A stretch of 61,576 bases of DNA, filler included, from a bacterium (GTDB lineage Bacteria; JAMOTN01): the NCBI GenBank assembly GCA_027062325.1. It is 6 parts of 6 records of this genome, joined end to end, with 100 filler letters (N's around TTAATTAATTAA, not from the genome) between each part and the next. Parts side by side here need not be neighbours in the genome. Positions count along the whole stretch, not along the records: positions 1 to 6,733 come from JAMOTN010000043.1; positions 6,834 to 13,237 come from JAMOTN010000045.1; 4 more parts are not named here. One strand, written 5' to 3'. Made by a program: the position numbers and the translations under genes. The notes under the pieces were generated by a model. It searched no databases. It saw only the letters and a program-made list of their open reading frames with translations, and was not told the DNA's origin. Position 1 is the first letter of the stretch. Each line of letters begins with the position of its first letter. Shown in pieces: positions 1 through 10,061 of the stretch.

Positions 1-32
1 AATTGGCGTGGAATGAGTTGCTGAAAGCGTGA
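1..32 (+). CDS. 3' end of an upstream ATPase paralogue (partial)
   Basis: Positions 3-32 read LAWNELLKA*, matching the C-terminus (MELAWNELLK*) of the next ORF 95..1048. Confidence 0.75.
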   Translation, partial: LAWNELLKA

Positions 33-94
33 GGAAAAGGAGGTGAAACCGGCCATCCCCTTCATCACTCCTGCTGTTTGTGAGGTGAAAATTA

Positions 95-1048
95 ATGGTG
101 TTTATAGGACGCGAGCGCGAGATAGGCTGGATGAGGCTGTATTTGGAGCACGAGGCGAATAAGATCCTAGCAGTGACGGGCAAGGCGAACTGCGGCAAGA
201 CTGCGCTTATGCAAGAAGTTATGAAGCGCCTAGCTAAGACGCACACGTTTTACTACGTTGATTTGAGATTTTATCACATTCTTCATGCACAGGATTTGGC
301 GCTTGTGTTGTATAAGATGTTTTATCCCGAAAAACTTTACGAAGAGGTGGCGGTGAAGATTGGTCCATTTGAGATAAAGCTTGAAGAGAAGGTAAATGCG
401 GTAGAGATAGCGAACTTTTTAAATGCGTTGTTTGATGAAATAACGGTGAATTTGAAGAAGGTGAAGAATCCTGTTTTAGTGGTTGATGAGCTGCAGGTGT
501 TGAAAGAGCTGTATGTGAATGGGGATAAAAAGCTTATTGACCGTCTGCTAGAGTTTTTTATTTCGCTCACGAAGCACCAACATTTAGCGCACGTCATTGT
601 CCTTACCTCAGACAGCACGTTTTATGCGGAGCTTTATTCAAAATCGGGGATGCATGAGAGGATGAAGTTTTACTTGCTGGATGAGCTGGATCGTCCAGAA
701 GCGCTTGATCTTATCCGCTACTACTGCGAAGAATACGAGGTGGATATTAAGCCGGAGCGGATTTATCGCTACACGGGAGGGAATCCTGCGCTGATAGAGA
801 CGGTGGTATCAGAGGCAGCGCGTCTTGGTTTTAGGAAAGCGGTTGAGTTGAAGAAAGGATATTTGAAGGATTACATAGCGACGTATGCGGAGGAGAAGAA
901 GCTTGAGTTGAAGGAGTTGGAGAAGCTGAGGAAGGAGGAAGGGCAAGCGTGGGTAGATGCGAATGTTTTGTTTTACAATGTAGAGACTGCGAAGTTTGAG
1001 TTTCAGCACCGGATGATGGAGCTAGCGTGGAATGAACTGTTGAAATAA
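95..1048 (+). CDS. Archaeal-type (MJ/ATPase_2-like) P-loop ATPase
   Basis: N-terminal FIGREREI, Walker A GKANCGKT, Walker B LVVDELQ, later TGGNP motif; GAGGTGA Shine-Dalgarno upstream. Confidence 0.8.
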   Translation: MVFIGREREIGWMRLYLEHEANKILAVTGKANCGKTALMQEVMKRLAKTHTFYYVDLRFYHILHAQDLALVLYKMFYPEKLYEEVAVKIGPFEIKLEEKVNAVEIANFLNALFDEITVNLKKVKNPVLVVDELQVLKELYVNGDKKLIDRLLEFFISLTKHQHLAHVIVLTSDSTFYAELYSKSGMHERMKFYLLDELDRPEALDLIRYYCEEYEVDIKPERIYRYTGGNPALIETVVSEAARLGFRKAVELKKGYLKDYIATYAEEKKLELKELEKLRKEEGQAWVDANVLFYNVETAKFEFQHRMMELAWNELLK

Positions 1049-1160
1049 TATTTCTTGGAGTGGCTGTTTTTAAGCTATATTGACTTGAGTGTAGAGTGGA
1101 TTATAGGTTGTTTTAATTTTATACTTGTTAATTAATTTTATACTTGTGGGAGTGATGGGA

Positions 1161-2276
1161 ATGTCTAGAAAGGCTAAAAAGGTTTTGGTTACAGGAGCAG
1201 GAGGTTATGTGGGAAGTTTACTTGTTCCCAAGTTATTGAAAGCTGGCTATGACGTTGTAGCTGTAGATAGGTATTTTTTTAGGAAATATCCGGGTATTAA
1301 CGCAGAAAATGAGATTTCTACTTCAACTTTTGATTTGCCACGTCTTGAGGTATTAAAAGAAGATGTTAGATTTCTTTCAGAAAAAGTTTTTGAAGATATA
1401 TATGCTGTAATAGATTTAGTTGCTATTTCAAATGATCCATCAAGCGAATATTTTAAGGAAGCAACTATCCAAATAAATTATCTCTCACGTGCTCGTACAG
1501 CTCGTCTTGCTAAGAAAAAGGGAGTTAAAAGGTATATATTGCCGTCAAGTTGCAGTATTTATGGATTTCAGAAAGATATTGTGGATGAAAACTCTGAAAT
1601 TAACCCACTTACTACTTATGCGAAGGCTAATCGAATGGCTGAAGAAGCGGTGTTGCCTTTGGCAGATGATGATTTTGTAGTTGTTGTCATGAGACAAGCT
1701 ACTCTTTTTGGATATAGTCCTCGAATGAGATTTGATCTTGCTATTAATGGGATGACTTATGGTGCATGGAAAATGGGTTCCCTTCCTCTTATGAGAGATG
1801 GAACACAATATCGTCCAATGCTTCATGTTGAGGATACAACTGATGTGATGTTATTACTTCTTGAGGCTGATAAATCTTTAATAAACGGAGAAATATTTAA
1901 CGTTGGAGGAGACGAGCTGAATTACCAGATAAAAGATGTGGGGGAGACTGTGAAAAAAATTGTGGAAGAACTCACTGGGAAAAGAGTTGATATTGAGTGG
2001 TATGGTGATCCTGACAAGAGAAGTTATCGAGTTTCTTTTGCAAAAATAAAGAAAGTATTGGGATGGAGCCCCAAACGGGATGCAGCTTATGGGGTAAGGC
2101 AAATTGTAGAAAAATTGGAGTCAGGCGAGCTTGATAAGACTACGGAAACAATAACTCTTGAATGGTATAAAGAACTTGAAAAATGGTATCAAATAATAAA
2201 AGAACTAGAGATGTATGGCGGGATAATTAATATAAAAATAGATGAAGAGCAATTGAGGAGTGAAGCTCTTAGTTAG
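1161..2276 (+). CDS. NAD-dependent epimerase/dehydratase (extended SDR, nucleotide-sugar)
   Basis: VLVTGAGGYVG Rossmann motif, SSCSIYG, catalytic YAKANR, FNVG. Start moved to ATG 1161 behind a GGAG SD. Confidence 0.9.
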   Translation: MSRKAKKVLVTGAGGYVGSLLVPKLLKAGYDVVAVDRYFFRKYPGINAENEISTSTFDLPRLEVLKEDVRFLSEKVFEDIYAVIDLVAISNDPSSEYFKEATIQINYLSRARTARLAKKKGVKRYILPSSCSIYGFQKDIVDENSEINPLTTYAKANRMAEEAVLPLADDDFVVVVMRQATLFGYSPRMRFDLAINGMTYGAWKMGSLPLMRDGTQYRPMLHVEDTTDVMLLLLEADKSLINGEIFNVGGDELNYQIKDVGETVKKIVEELTGKRVDIEWYGDPDKRSYRVSFAKIKKVLGWSPKRDAAYGVRQIVEKLESGELDKTTETITLEWYKELEKWYQIIKELEMYGGIINIKIDEEQLRSEALS

Positions 2277-2357
2277 GTCAGAGTTTTATAAAACTGCTTT
2301 GAATTTGACTGGACAGTTGTTAGTTAAAAATATATGTTAGTTGGAAGGTGATTATTT

Positions 2358-3257
2358 ATGTCAGAGAGGGAAAAGGTTCCATTAAAAGTTGCTCTTATAG
2401 GAGCAAATGGCCAACTTGCTTTTGATTTGAGTAGAACGAAGCCTGCAATTGTAGAAATAATTCCACTTACGCGCGACGATTTTGATTTGAGAGATCAGCA
2501 TCTTATGAAAAAATTTTTGCTAGATATTAAGCCAGATATTATCATCAATACTGCTGCTGTTCATAAAGTGGATATTTTAGAAGAGGATAAGTCGGTGGCT
2601 TTTGAGGTGAATACAATAGCTGTAGCAAACTTGGCGCATATTTGCAGTTTATTAGGAGCAAAATTAGTTCACATTAGTACTGATTATGTATTTTCAGGGG
2701 AAAAATTTTATAAAAAAGAGCCGTATTATGAATTTGATCAGCCTTCACCAATTAATATCTATGGTTTGTCAAAGTATGCAGGAGAACTTGCTATAAAAGC
2801 TTATACATCTAATTTTATAATTGCTAGAGTATCTAGTTTGTTTGGAGTAGCAGGGGCAAGTGGTAAAGGTGGGAATTTTGTATATACAATTTTAAATAAA
2901 GCAAAAGAGTTTGAAAAAAGTGGTGAGAGTTTAAAGGTAGTGGCGGATGTATTTATGACGCCAACTTACACTAAGGATGCTGCAGTAGTTATTTGGAAGT
3001 TATTGATAAATGATGAGCGTGGAATTTTCCATGTTTCAAATTCAGGAATTTGTAGCTGGTGGGAGTTTGCAGTTGAGATTGTAAAATTAGCAGGTATTGA
3101 TGTGAATGTTGATCGGCTTTCAAGTGGTGAGTATCCATCTAAAGCGAGACGTCCTGTGTGGAGCCCACTAGCTTCTGCGCGGGGAGTTAAGATGAGACAC
3201 TGGAAAGAGGCCTTAGTGGATTTTTTAGATGAGGTATATAAAATGAAAAAGTTTTAA
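2358..3257 (+). CDS. rfbD: dTDP-4-dehydrorhamnose reductase
   Basis: GANGQL, NTAA, HISTDYVFSG, YGLSKYAGE, TPTY, AxRP motifs. Confidence 0.9.
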   Translation: MSEREKVPLKVALIGANGQLAFDLSRTKPAIVEIIPLTRDDFDLRDQHLMKKFLLDIKPDIIINTAAVHKVDILEEDKSVAFEVNTIAVANLAHICSLLGAKLVHISTDYVFSGEKFYKKEPYYEFDQPSPINIYGLSKYAGELAIKAYTSNFIIARVSSLFGVAGASGKGGNFVYTILNKAKEFEKSGESLKVVADVFMTPTYTKDAAVVIWKLLINDERGIFHVSNSGICSWWEFAVEIVKLAGIDVNVDRLSSGEYPSKARRPVWSPLASARGVKMRHWKEALVDFLDEVYKMKKF

Positions 3258-3483
3258 AAGTGTGAGAAGGAAAAGGAGTAAGAAAGATTTTGCTTTTGTT
3301 TAACATTTTTGTAAAAAGTTAAATTGACATTTTACCTTCTTGTTAATTTTATTCTTTTATGGGCTTTCAGATCTATTGATTAATCTTGTACTTTGATATA
3401 AATTGCGTAGGCATACTTTTTGCAAAATATCTAAATGGAAGTTAGGAGTTAATAGGTATATGCCTCTTAAGGCGGTGAAAATT

Positions 3484-4029
3484 ATGAAGTGTATAAATAC
3501 TCGAGCGTTCACTTTGGTGGAGTTGATGATAACCATCACCATTATGGGGTTGCTTGCTGGAACTGCTGCTATTCATTATCAAAAAGCTATGGAGACTTCT
3601 CGAATTACTACGGCTAAAGAGCAACTGCAGGCCATAGTTTTTGCGATAGAGCAGTATGAACGTAACGAGGGAAAACCTTTTTGGAAAGTGCGCAACTTAT
3701 CTAAGTTGAAAAAATATCTATCCCGAAAAAAACTAACAGATCCTTGGGGACACAAATTTTATGTGGATGGAACATTTGTATATTCAGCAGGTCCTGATGG
3801 AGTTGTTGGGGGGCGTTATTCATCAGATGATATAAGAATGCGCTATAGGCGGGATCCGTTGATTAATAATCCTACTTTCCGCTCTAGGAATCGTGGTGTT
3901 ACCAGAGAAGCAGTTGGTTGGATTTTTAACCCACCTTATCAAGAGGGGGCAGAGTTGCAGGATAGAGATGTTGTTTATGTGGATCCTTTTATTGCTTATC
4001 AACAGCCAAATTCTCTTTGTGTTAAGTAG
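3484..4029 (+). CDS. Type II secretion GspG-like pseudopilin / type IV pilin-like protein
   Basis: Prepilin site RA|FTLVELMITITIMGLLA, plus DPWG and YSAGPDG motifs typical of GspG. Start uncertain (3460 or 3484). Confidence 0.85.
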   Translation: MKCINTRAFTLVELMITITIMGLLAGTAAIHYQKAMETSRITTAKEQLQAIVFAIEQYERNEGKPFWKVRNLSKLKKYLSRKKLTDPWGHKFYVDGTFVYSAGPDGVVGGRYSSDDIRMRYRRDPLINNPTFRSRNRGVTREAVGWIFNPPYQEGAELQDRDVVYVDPFIAYQQPNSLCVK

Positions 4030-4074
4030 GAGATGGGAGTTGGTAGTTTCTGGAATAAATTGGGAGGGATTTAT

Positions 4075-6733
4075 ATGTGGTTGAGGCAGCTAAAAGTTAG
4101 TTTTGAATCTGGTAGGAGGAAAAACTATGGTAAATATGAGACAAGGCGTAGCGAAAAGGCACGAATTCGCCTTTGGATAGCGGCATTGGTATTGATTCCG
4201 TATTTTGTTTTGTTTACGATTCCAGTTTTTGCAAATCTTTTGGATCCATGGTTAAAAGAGAGGGGAAAACCCGTTCACGGGATTCGTACAGCTGCCTCAA
4301 CTGTTCACTTTATAACTGTTGGAGCTGCTTATCAAGATGGGGATAAGAAGTATGTTATTACACCTGATCAATGGAGTATTTCAGGTGCTATATGGTCAAC
4401 TTCTAGAATTGATACTAGAAAACCGTTTACCATTGAAGGAAAAATTTATTTGGGAAGGTACGATACTCAGGGGCATCGTGACATAAATGGTCGGTGGTGT
4501 TTTACAGGAGCAGATGGTGTGGCTTTTAACTTTTATGGAGGTTTAGATAGAGATGTCTCCACTGGTGGAAGTTTAGGTATAGGAGGTATGAGACCTGCTG
4601 TACATGTGGAGTTTGATACTTACTGTAATACTAGCGTTGATCCATGTTCGTATTATCAAACTTCTGCTGATCACTTGGGGATTGATGTAAATGGCAGTTT
4701 GCGCAGTTTAACAACACGGTCAGTTGGCAACATAGAAGATGGACGTGAACACTACTTTAAGATTTCCTATGATCCTTCGGCAAAAAGATTGAGGGTATGG
4801 TGGAATAATTCTGCTAATAAGATTTTTGATTACAGCATTGATTTAACTTCTCGGGTTGGCCGCTACTGCTGGATTGGTTTCTCGGGTGCAACAGGAGGAG
4901 GTTGTAATACTCAATACGTTGTCATAGACAAGATTGAGGCGACGTGGGAACCACTCAATACACAATTTGGTGTAAATTACGTGAAGATGTTTATTGATCC
5001 TGATAAACCAGAATTTGCTGAGATTTATCGTCAGGGATTTGGAAAGAGTCTAGCAGAGATTTCGAAAGTGCGACTTGCGGCTTCTAATGCTACACCGGCG
5101 CAAGAACAGAATGTGTATCAATGTGCGGATAATGTACCTGAGTGTATAGTAACTGATTGGTGGGATAATCGATGGCGTTACAGACGAAGGATAATAATTG
5201 ATAATCGGGAAGGAAGAGTAATGAGGGATGTTCAAGTAGTTGTGAGGTTAACTAGTTCCCAAATGGCGCACATAAGAACTGATATATATGGAAAAGGTGT
5301 TCGTTTTGTGGATAAAGACGGAAATATTCTTTATGCGTATCGTGCCATATTTGTGCCGGGAAACAGAGCTCTTTACGTTGTTCAAATACCAAGATTGAAT
5401 CCTGGGGAGAACTACATATGGATGTACTATGGAGTAGAGGGTAGCGCTTGGCAGAGTGGTTTAAATCAATATGCCCTTAATACAAATGTATTTGGTTCTC
5501 CTCGTGATGGACGTCGCACCCCGCTGAAATATTTCATAGTAAGAACTTGTGCAAGTTGTGTTGATGAAGGGGGTTATTGGGGTGCTTGGTGTGCGTACTG
5601 GGACGATGGATATAGAAGTTACGGAATGGGAGCAACTTTTCCTTTTGCAAACTTTACTACAAGCACTCTTTATGTTTCCCAAAACGGTGTCGTTGGTTTT
5701 TATGGATTTTGGTGGTGGGGACTTTGGTGGTGGTGGTGGTATTCAGGTGTATATCCAGCTCGTGTTGAGGTTATGGGAACGGATTTACACTGTGGAAATA
5801 CTTGTGTTTGGAGGAAAGGTGGTAATTGGCGAGTTATATGGGCAAGGGCGCACTGCTGTTGTTGGGGTTGGAGTGATTCACGTATTTACCTTAAAACAAA
5901 TGGAATTATAAAGGTGAGAATTGATTATAACAACATCGGGGGAGCCCAAGAGATTGCAAGTGGCTCAGGTGGTGTTGGAATTGATGCAGAGCAAGATCTT
6001 GGCCAATCTGGTGGTTGGTGGTCTTACTCCTATGGTTCTTCTCATGGGCACTTGTGGTTTAGAAATCGTGCTTACGATATAAACACTGGAAATGTAGCTT
6101 CAACTTCAATTCCTGCAGGTTATATATTCTACCCAATAGTTGTAAGAAATTGGAGAGTTAAAGTTGAAAATGAGGAAACAGGCAGTACTTGTTTCTCAAT
6201 CTATGGAGCTGACACTGGAGAGAATGGAGTTTGGTTTGATTCTCAATTTAAGTATCGTAAAAAGATAACTGTTAATATGCCTCAGTCTGCTAATAATGTT
6301 GTCATAGGGATACTTATGGATTCATCAGATGGATCAGACTTTTGGGGAAATGTCAGAAGTGATGGGTCCGATGTAGTTGTGACTAACAATAGTGGTCAGA
6401 TTTTAAGTGGTTATATGTGGTATTGGAATTATGGTGGGAGAAGAATGATCTTATTTGTGAAAGTGCCCAAAATGCAGTCAGGTGAAAACATACTTTACAT
6501 TTATTGGAAGGGGCCAAGCTCCTATTTTTCTCAAGCTCAGCGCAGTATCAATATATTTGGGGTTACCTATGATGGAACTAATAAGAGGATATGTTATGTT
6601 CCAGAAGGTCGTTATTGGAGTGAGAGAGTTAGCCCGTGGCTTACGTCTAGTTGGCCATACTATTCGGCGTATGAAATGTATTGGGGCTGGCGCGACGATA
6701 GGTGGTGGGGATGGAAATACATAAACCGGCGAT
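4075..6733 (+). CDS. Large secreted/surface protein: L-type lectin-like domain + two DUF2341-like modules (partial, truncated at the spacer)
   Basis: Hydrophobic N-terminal segment; GADGVAF, VEFDTY and WIGFSGATG legume-lectin motifs; two copies of a W..x.(W/F)xYRxxI...GENxxxxY module. Start placed at ATG 4075 behind GGAGG. Confidence 0.7.
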
Positions 6734-6833
6734 NNNNNNNNNNNNNNNNNNNNNNNNNNNNNNNNNNNNNNNNNNNNTTAATTAATTAANNNNNNNNNNN
6801 NNNNNNNNNNNNNNNNNNNNNNNNNNNNNNNNN
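6734..6833. other. Artificial contig-joining spacer
   Basis: N-run + TTAATTAATTAA (stops in all six frames) + N-run, 100 nt. Confidence 0.98.
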
Positions 6834-6997
6834 ATCCAGAAAGCATGAAGTGGTACGTTGAACTGCGTGAGTACGGTGGTTTTCCTCATGGTGGATTTGG
6901 ACTTGGTATAGAGAGATTCGTTGCATGGATAACTGGAACTCATCATGTAAGAGAGTGTATTCCATTTCCAAGAACAATTTACAGACTCTATCCATAG
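6834..6997 (+). CDS. asnS: Asparaginyl-tRNA synthetase, C-terminal fragment
   Basis: Manual translation from 6836: [53 protein letters not shown], class IIb motif 3 with the AsnRS-type C-terminus. Not in the ORF track. Confidence 0.85.
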
Positions 6998-7013
6998 CAA
7001 AGGAGGGGGTACG

Positions 7014-7799
7014 TTGAACCAGAAGACGATAGAACTTGATGAGCTGGCTGCAAAACTTGCTAATCAATTAATTTCTAACACTGAAAAAAGCATATCATTC
7101 TTAACAGGAGCAGGAATAAGTGCTTCTGCTGGAATTCCAACTTTTAGGGGAAAGGATGGATTGTGGAAAAATTATGATGTCACTAAATTTGCTACCCCCG
7201 AAGGTTTTCGAGAAAATCCAGAGTTGGTGTGGGAGTGGTATGCATGGCGCCAAGAAAAAATAGCAGCGGCTGCTCCCACGCCTTCTCATAAAGCCATCAG
7301 TAAATTTGAAGAAGAGTTATCTCGTATTCTAAATAAGGATGTGTACGTGATAACTCAGAACGTTGATGGACTTCATCAGCGTGCTGGTTCAAGCAAAGTT
7401 ATCGAATTACACGGCTCAATTTGGCGTATCAAATGCACAAAGTGTTCGCACAAAGCCTCCATAGACAAACCCATCGATAAATCATCACTGAAATGTCCAA
7501 AGTGCAAATCTTGGCTAAGACCTGATGTAGTATGGTTTGGAGAAGCACTGGATGAAAAAGTACTTTCAAAGGCTTACGAAATTTCCGCTCAAAGCTGTAT
7601 AATGTTTGTAGTGGGAACAAGTGGAATAGTTTTTCCAGCTGCATATCTGCCAATAATAGCGCGATCATCGGGGGCGCTAGTTGTGGATATTAATCCTGAA
7701 AAAAGCGGTATTTCTGATATTGCAGATTACTTTATAATGAGCGAAGCCGACAAAGCAGTGCCGCAACTTTTGAAAGCAATCCTCGCTAAAATTGGTTAG
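7014..7799 (+). CDS. cobB: NAD-dependent protein deacylase (class III sirtuin)
   Basis: GAGISASAGIPTFRG, TQNVDGLHQRAG, ELHG, two CxxC pairs, RPDVVWFGE, GTSG. Confidence 0.93.
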   Translation: MNQKTIELDELAAKLANQLISNTEKSISFLTGAGISASAGIPTFRGKDGLWKNYDVTKFATPEGFRENPELVWEWYAWRQEKIAAAAPTPSHKAISKFEEELSRILNKDVYVITQNVDGLHQRAGSSKVIELHGSIWRIKCTKCSHKASIDKPIDKSSLKCPKCKSWLRPDVVWFGEALDEKVLSKAYEISAQSCIMFVVGTSGIVFPAAYLPIIARSSGALVVDINPEKSGISDIADYFIMSEADKAVPQLLKAILAKIG

Positions 7800-7835
7800 C
7801 TAGCCTTTTTAATTATACGTTTGTAAACCGGGGGG

Positions 7836-10049
7836 TTGGGGATGGATATTCTAAAGTCCATAGAACAGGAACGCAACTTTGACAAACTAGTAGATTACTT
7901 AGAGCACAAATGGTGGCCTGCTCGTGCTAAAGCTGCAGAAGTAATAGCAACATTTTTCCCACCAAATACAATTGCTCAAGAACTATCAAAACTTGCAAGT
8001 TCTGATAAAAATAACACAAAGTATTGGCTTGCTAAAACATTGTCCGATTTAGGAGTAATTGGAGCTAAGCTATTCGTTCAAATTCTTGAAGAGTATCAAG
8101 TAGAACAGCTATTTGATATTCCACCATCACCAGAAATTGCAGAGGAGATTAAAAAACGCTCAAATTTAAATCATTCGCTTATAACATATATATCTAAGTT
8201 TTCTGAAGCATTCAAAGATGAAGAATTCGCACAAACTCTTATATCATCAGAAAATCAAGAAGCTGTTCTAACAGGTATAAAGATTCTCTCAAACTTCGCC
8301 AGCACCAAAGTGGTATATTCTCTTTTCAATTTAACTTCGCATGAATCAAAGGATATACGAAGTGCAGCTATTGAAGCTCTAGCAAAAATAAAAAATATCG
8401 CTTCTTTAAATGTATCTCAGCTAATAGCTCGATGGTACGAAAACAACTTCAAAATGGCCATAGAGTCTCCATCCGCCTTAGCAAAGCTTGACAAAGAAAT
8501 TTTACAAGCAAACACGCAGGACCTGATAAAAACCTTCAATTCATCAAGCGGAGATAAAAAGCTAGCAATACTAATTGCCCTTGCAAAGGGAGAATGGGAA
8601 GGAATAACTGAATTACTTTTAAATTCATATAAAGAATTTTCTTATCTTCAACTTGAGCACATGTTTTCAGAGTTGAAAGATTATGGCCAGACAAAGATTC
8701 TTTCTAGTATTGCAGCTGATGATAGATTCCCATTGGAAATTAGATTCCTTGCCTCTTCCTTTGTTGATATTCTCCCTTATATTGACGTAGTTGAAAAGAT
8801 AATCGAGCTAGAGCGTTACAATGAGCCGGTATTTAAAAGAGCGCTTCTCAGAATAATGGCCTCTCTAAAAGAAGGATTGATGATTATAGAAAAGCTGCCC
8901 GATGATTTACTTTTAAATGCAATCAAACTTAACTCAACTTTAATCATAACCAGCGAAAAAGTAGCCGAGAGAATATACAACATGAATCCAGAGCTCGCTA
9001 CTGTATCCTTGACAGCACCTTTATACCTCCCTAAATGGGCAGCAAACATCCTAAAGCGTGCTGTAACAGAACTTGATCTTCCATACGCAATGCTTGCTCT
9101 TGATAAATTAATAGGCACTCTTCCTCTATCAGAAGTTGCAAAGCTTGTCGAAAAATCTTCATCCAGCAAAGAGCTGCGTCTCTGGTTTTTGAATCGTCAA
9201 GCTATGTTTGGAAAGCGTGAAGTGGTGTATGAAGTTTTTCTAAAACTCCTGGACGATGATCCAGAGCTAGCAGTATCTACACTTGACAAACTTGCTGAAA
9301 TCAATGTCTCTGTTACTCCCTTTCACTTAAAAAAACTCCTTGTCTCAAAATACGCAAAATTGAAAGTTTTAGAGTATCTCCAAGTTGTCCACGTCAATGG
9401 AGCAGAGGAACTCGTAATAGAACTCACTTCATCATCTTCTCCTGACATTGTTCGTGCCGCCGCTGCAACCTTGAGGAACTACACTTCAAAAGATCGAGTA
9501 GTTGAAACTCTTATCAAACTCTTGGATCATGAAAAATGGCCAGTTAGAAGAACAGCTGCTTTAGCACTAACATCTATTTCCCCTTCTAAGCTTCCAATAT
9601 TGTATTCCTACCTTAGAAAAAGCCAAAATACTGCTTACTGGCTTTCCTTTGTTCTTGGAGATGTATCAGATGAAGCGGATAAGCTGATCTCACTTTTCGA
9701 TGAAGTTGATATTCCAACCAAAAAAATGATTATCTCCTCACTTGCCAAGATGGCTTCGCGCGGTAACAAAGAAGCAACTGATTTCTTGTTAAAAATCAAA
9801 GATGAATTTTCCATAGTGGAATTCATAAAAGACTTACGAGACGAAAGATTTATTCCATATTTGAAAGAAAAACTCGAGAACGGCAAAGAGAATGAGCGCA
9901 TTTGGGCTGCCTATTCCCTTGCTAATTTCCACTACATACCAGAAGTTGTTGATTTTTTACAAAAATTCAAAGATGATTCTAACTTCTGGGTAAAAAAATA
10001 CGTTTGGGAAGCATTACACAGAGCATCAAGTGTTGCAGCTCAACTGTAG
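7836..10049 (+). CDS. HEAT-repeat protein
   Basis: Repeated helical motifs such as IRSAAIEALAKI, IVRAAAATL, WPVRRTAALAL, ERIWAAYSL and FWVKKYVWEAL. Confidence 0.75.
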   Translation: MGMDILKSIEQERNFDKLVDYLEHKWWPARAKAAEVIATFFPPNTIAQELSKLASSDKNNTKYWLAKTLSDLGVIGAKLFVQILEEYQVEQLFDIPPSPEIAEEIKKRSNLNHSLITYISKFSEAFKDEEFAQTLISSENQEAVLTGIKILSNFASTKVVYSLFNLTSHESKDIRSAAIEALAKIKNIASLNVSQLIARWYENNFKMAIESPSALAKLDKEILQANTQDLIKTFNSSSGDKKLAILIALAKGEWEGITELLLNSYKEFSYLQLEHMFSELKDYGQTKILSSIAADDRFPLEIRFLASSFVDILPYIDVVEKIIELERYNEPVFKRALLRIMASLKEGLMIIEKLPDDLLLNAIKLNSTLIITSEKVAERIYNMNPELATVSLTAPLYLPKWAANILKRAVTELDLPYAMLALDKLIGTLPLSEVAKLVEKSSSSKELRLWFLNRQAMFGKREVVYEVFLKLLDDDPELAVSTLDKLAEINVSVTPFHLKKLLVSKYAKLKVLEYLQVVHVNGAEELVIELTSSSSPDIVRAAAATLRNYTSKDRVVETLIKLLDHEKWPVRRTAALALTSISPSKLPILYSYLRKSQNTAYWLSFVLGDVSDEADKLISLFDEVDIPTKKMIISSLAKMASRGNKEATDFLLKIKDEFSIVEFIKDLRDERFIPYLKEKLENGKENERIWAAYSLANFHYIPEVVDFLQKFKDDSNFWVKKYVWEALHRASSVAAQL

Positions 10050-10061
10050 GGGGGACTGTTA

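Noticed and set aside
4114-4180. Strong SD (AGGAGG) with an out-of-frame ATG at 4127 giving a 17-aa ORF, suggesting a frameshift
   Set aside because: An in-frame ATG at 4075 has its own GGAGG SD and the long frame is uninterrupted, so no frameshift is needed.
4075-6733. Diversity-generating retroelement target
   Set aside because: No reverse transcriptase, and no near-identical template/variable repeat pair differing at adenines, is visible.
7014-7799. Sirtuin as a SIR2 anti-phage effector (Thoeris/DSR type)
   Set aside because: It has all the housekeeping CobB motifs, including the Zn ribbon, is stand-alone in length, and follows asnS.
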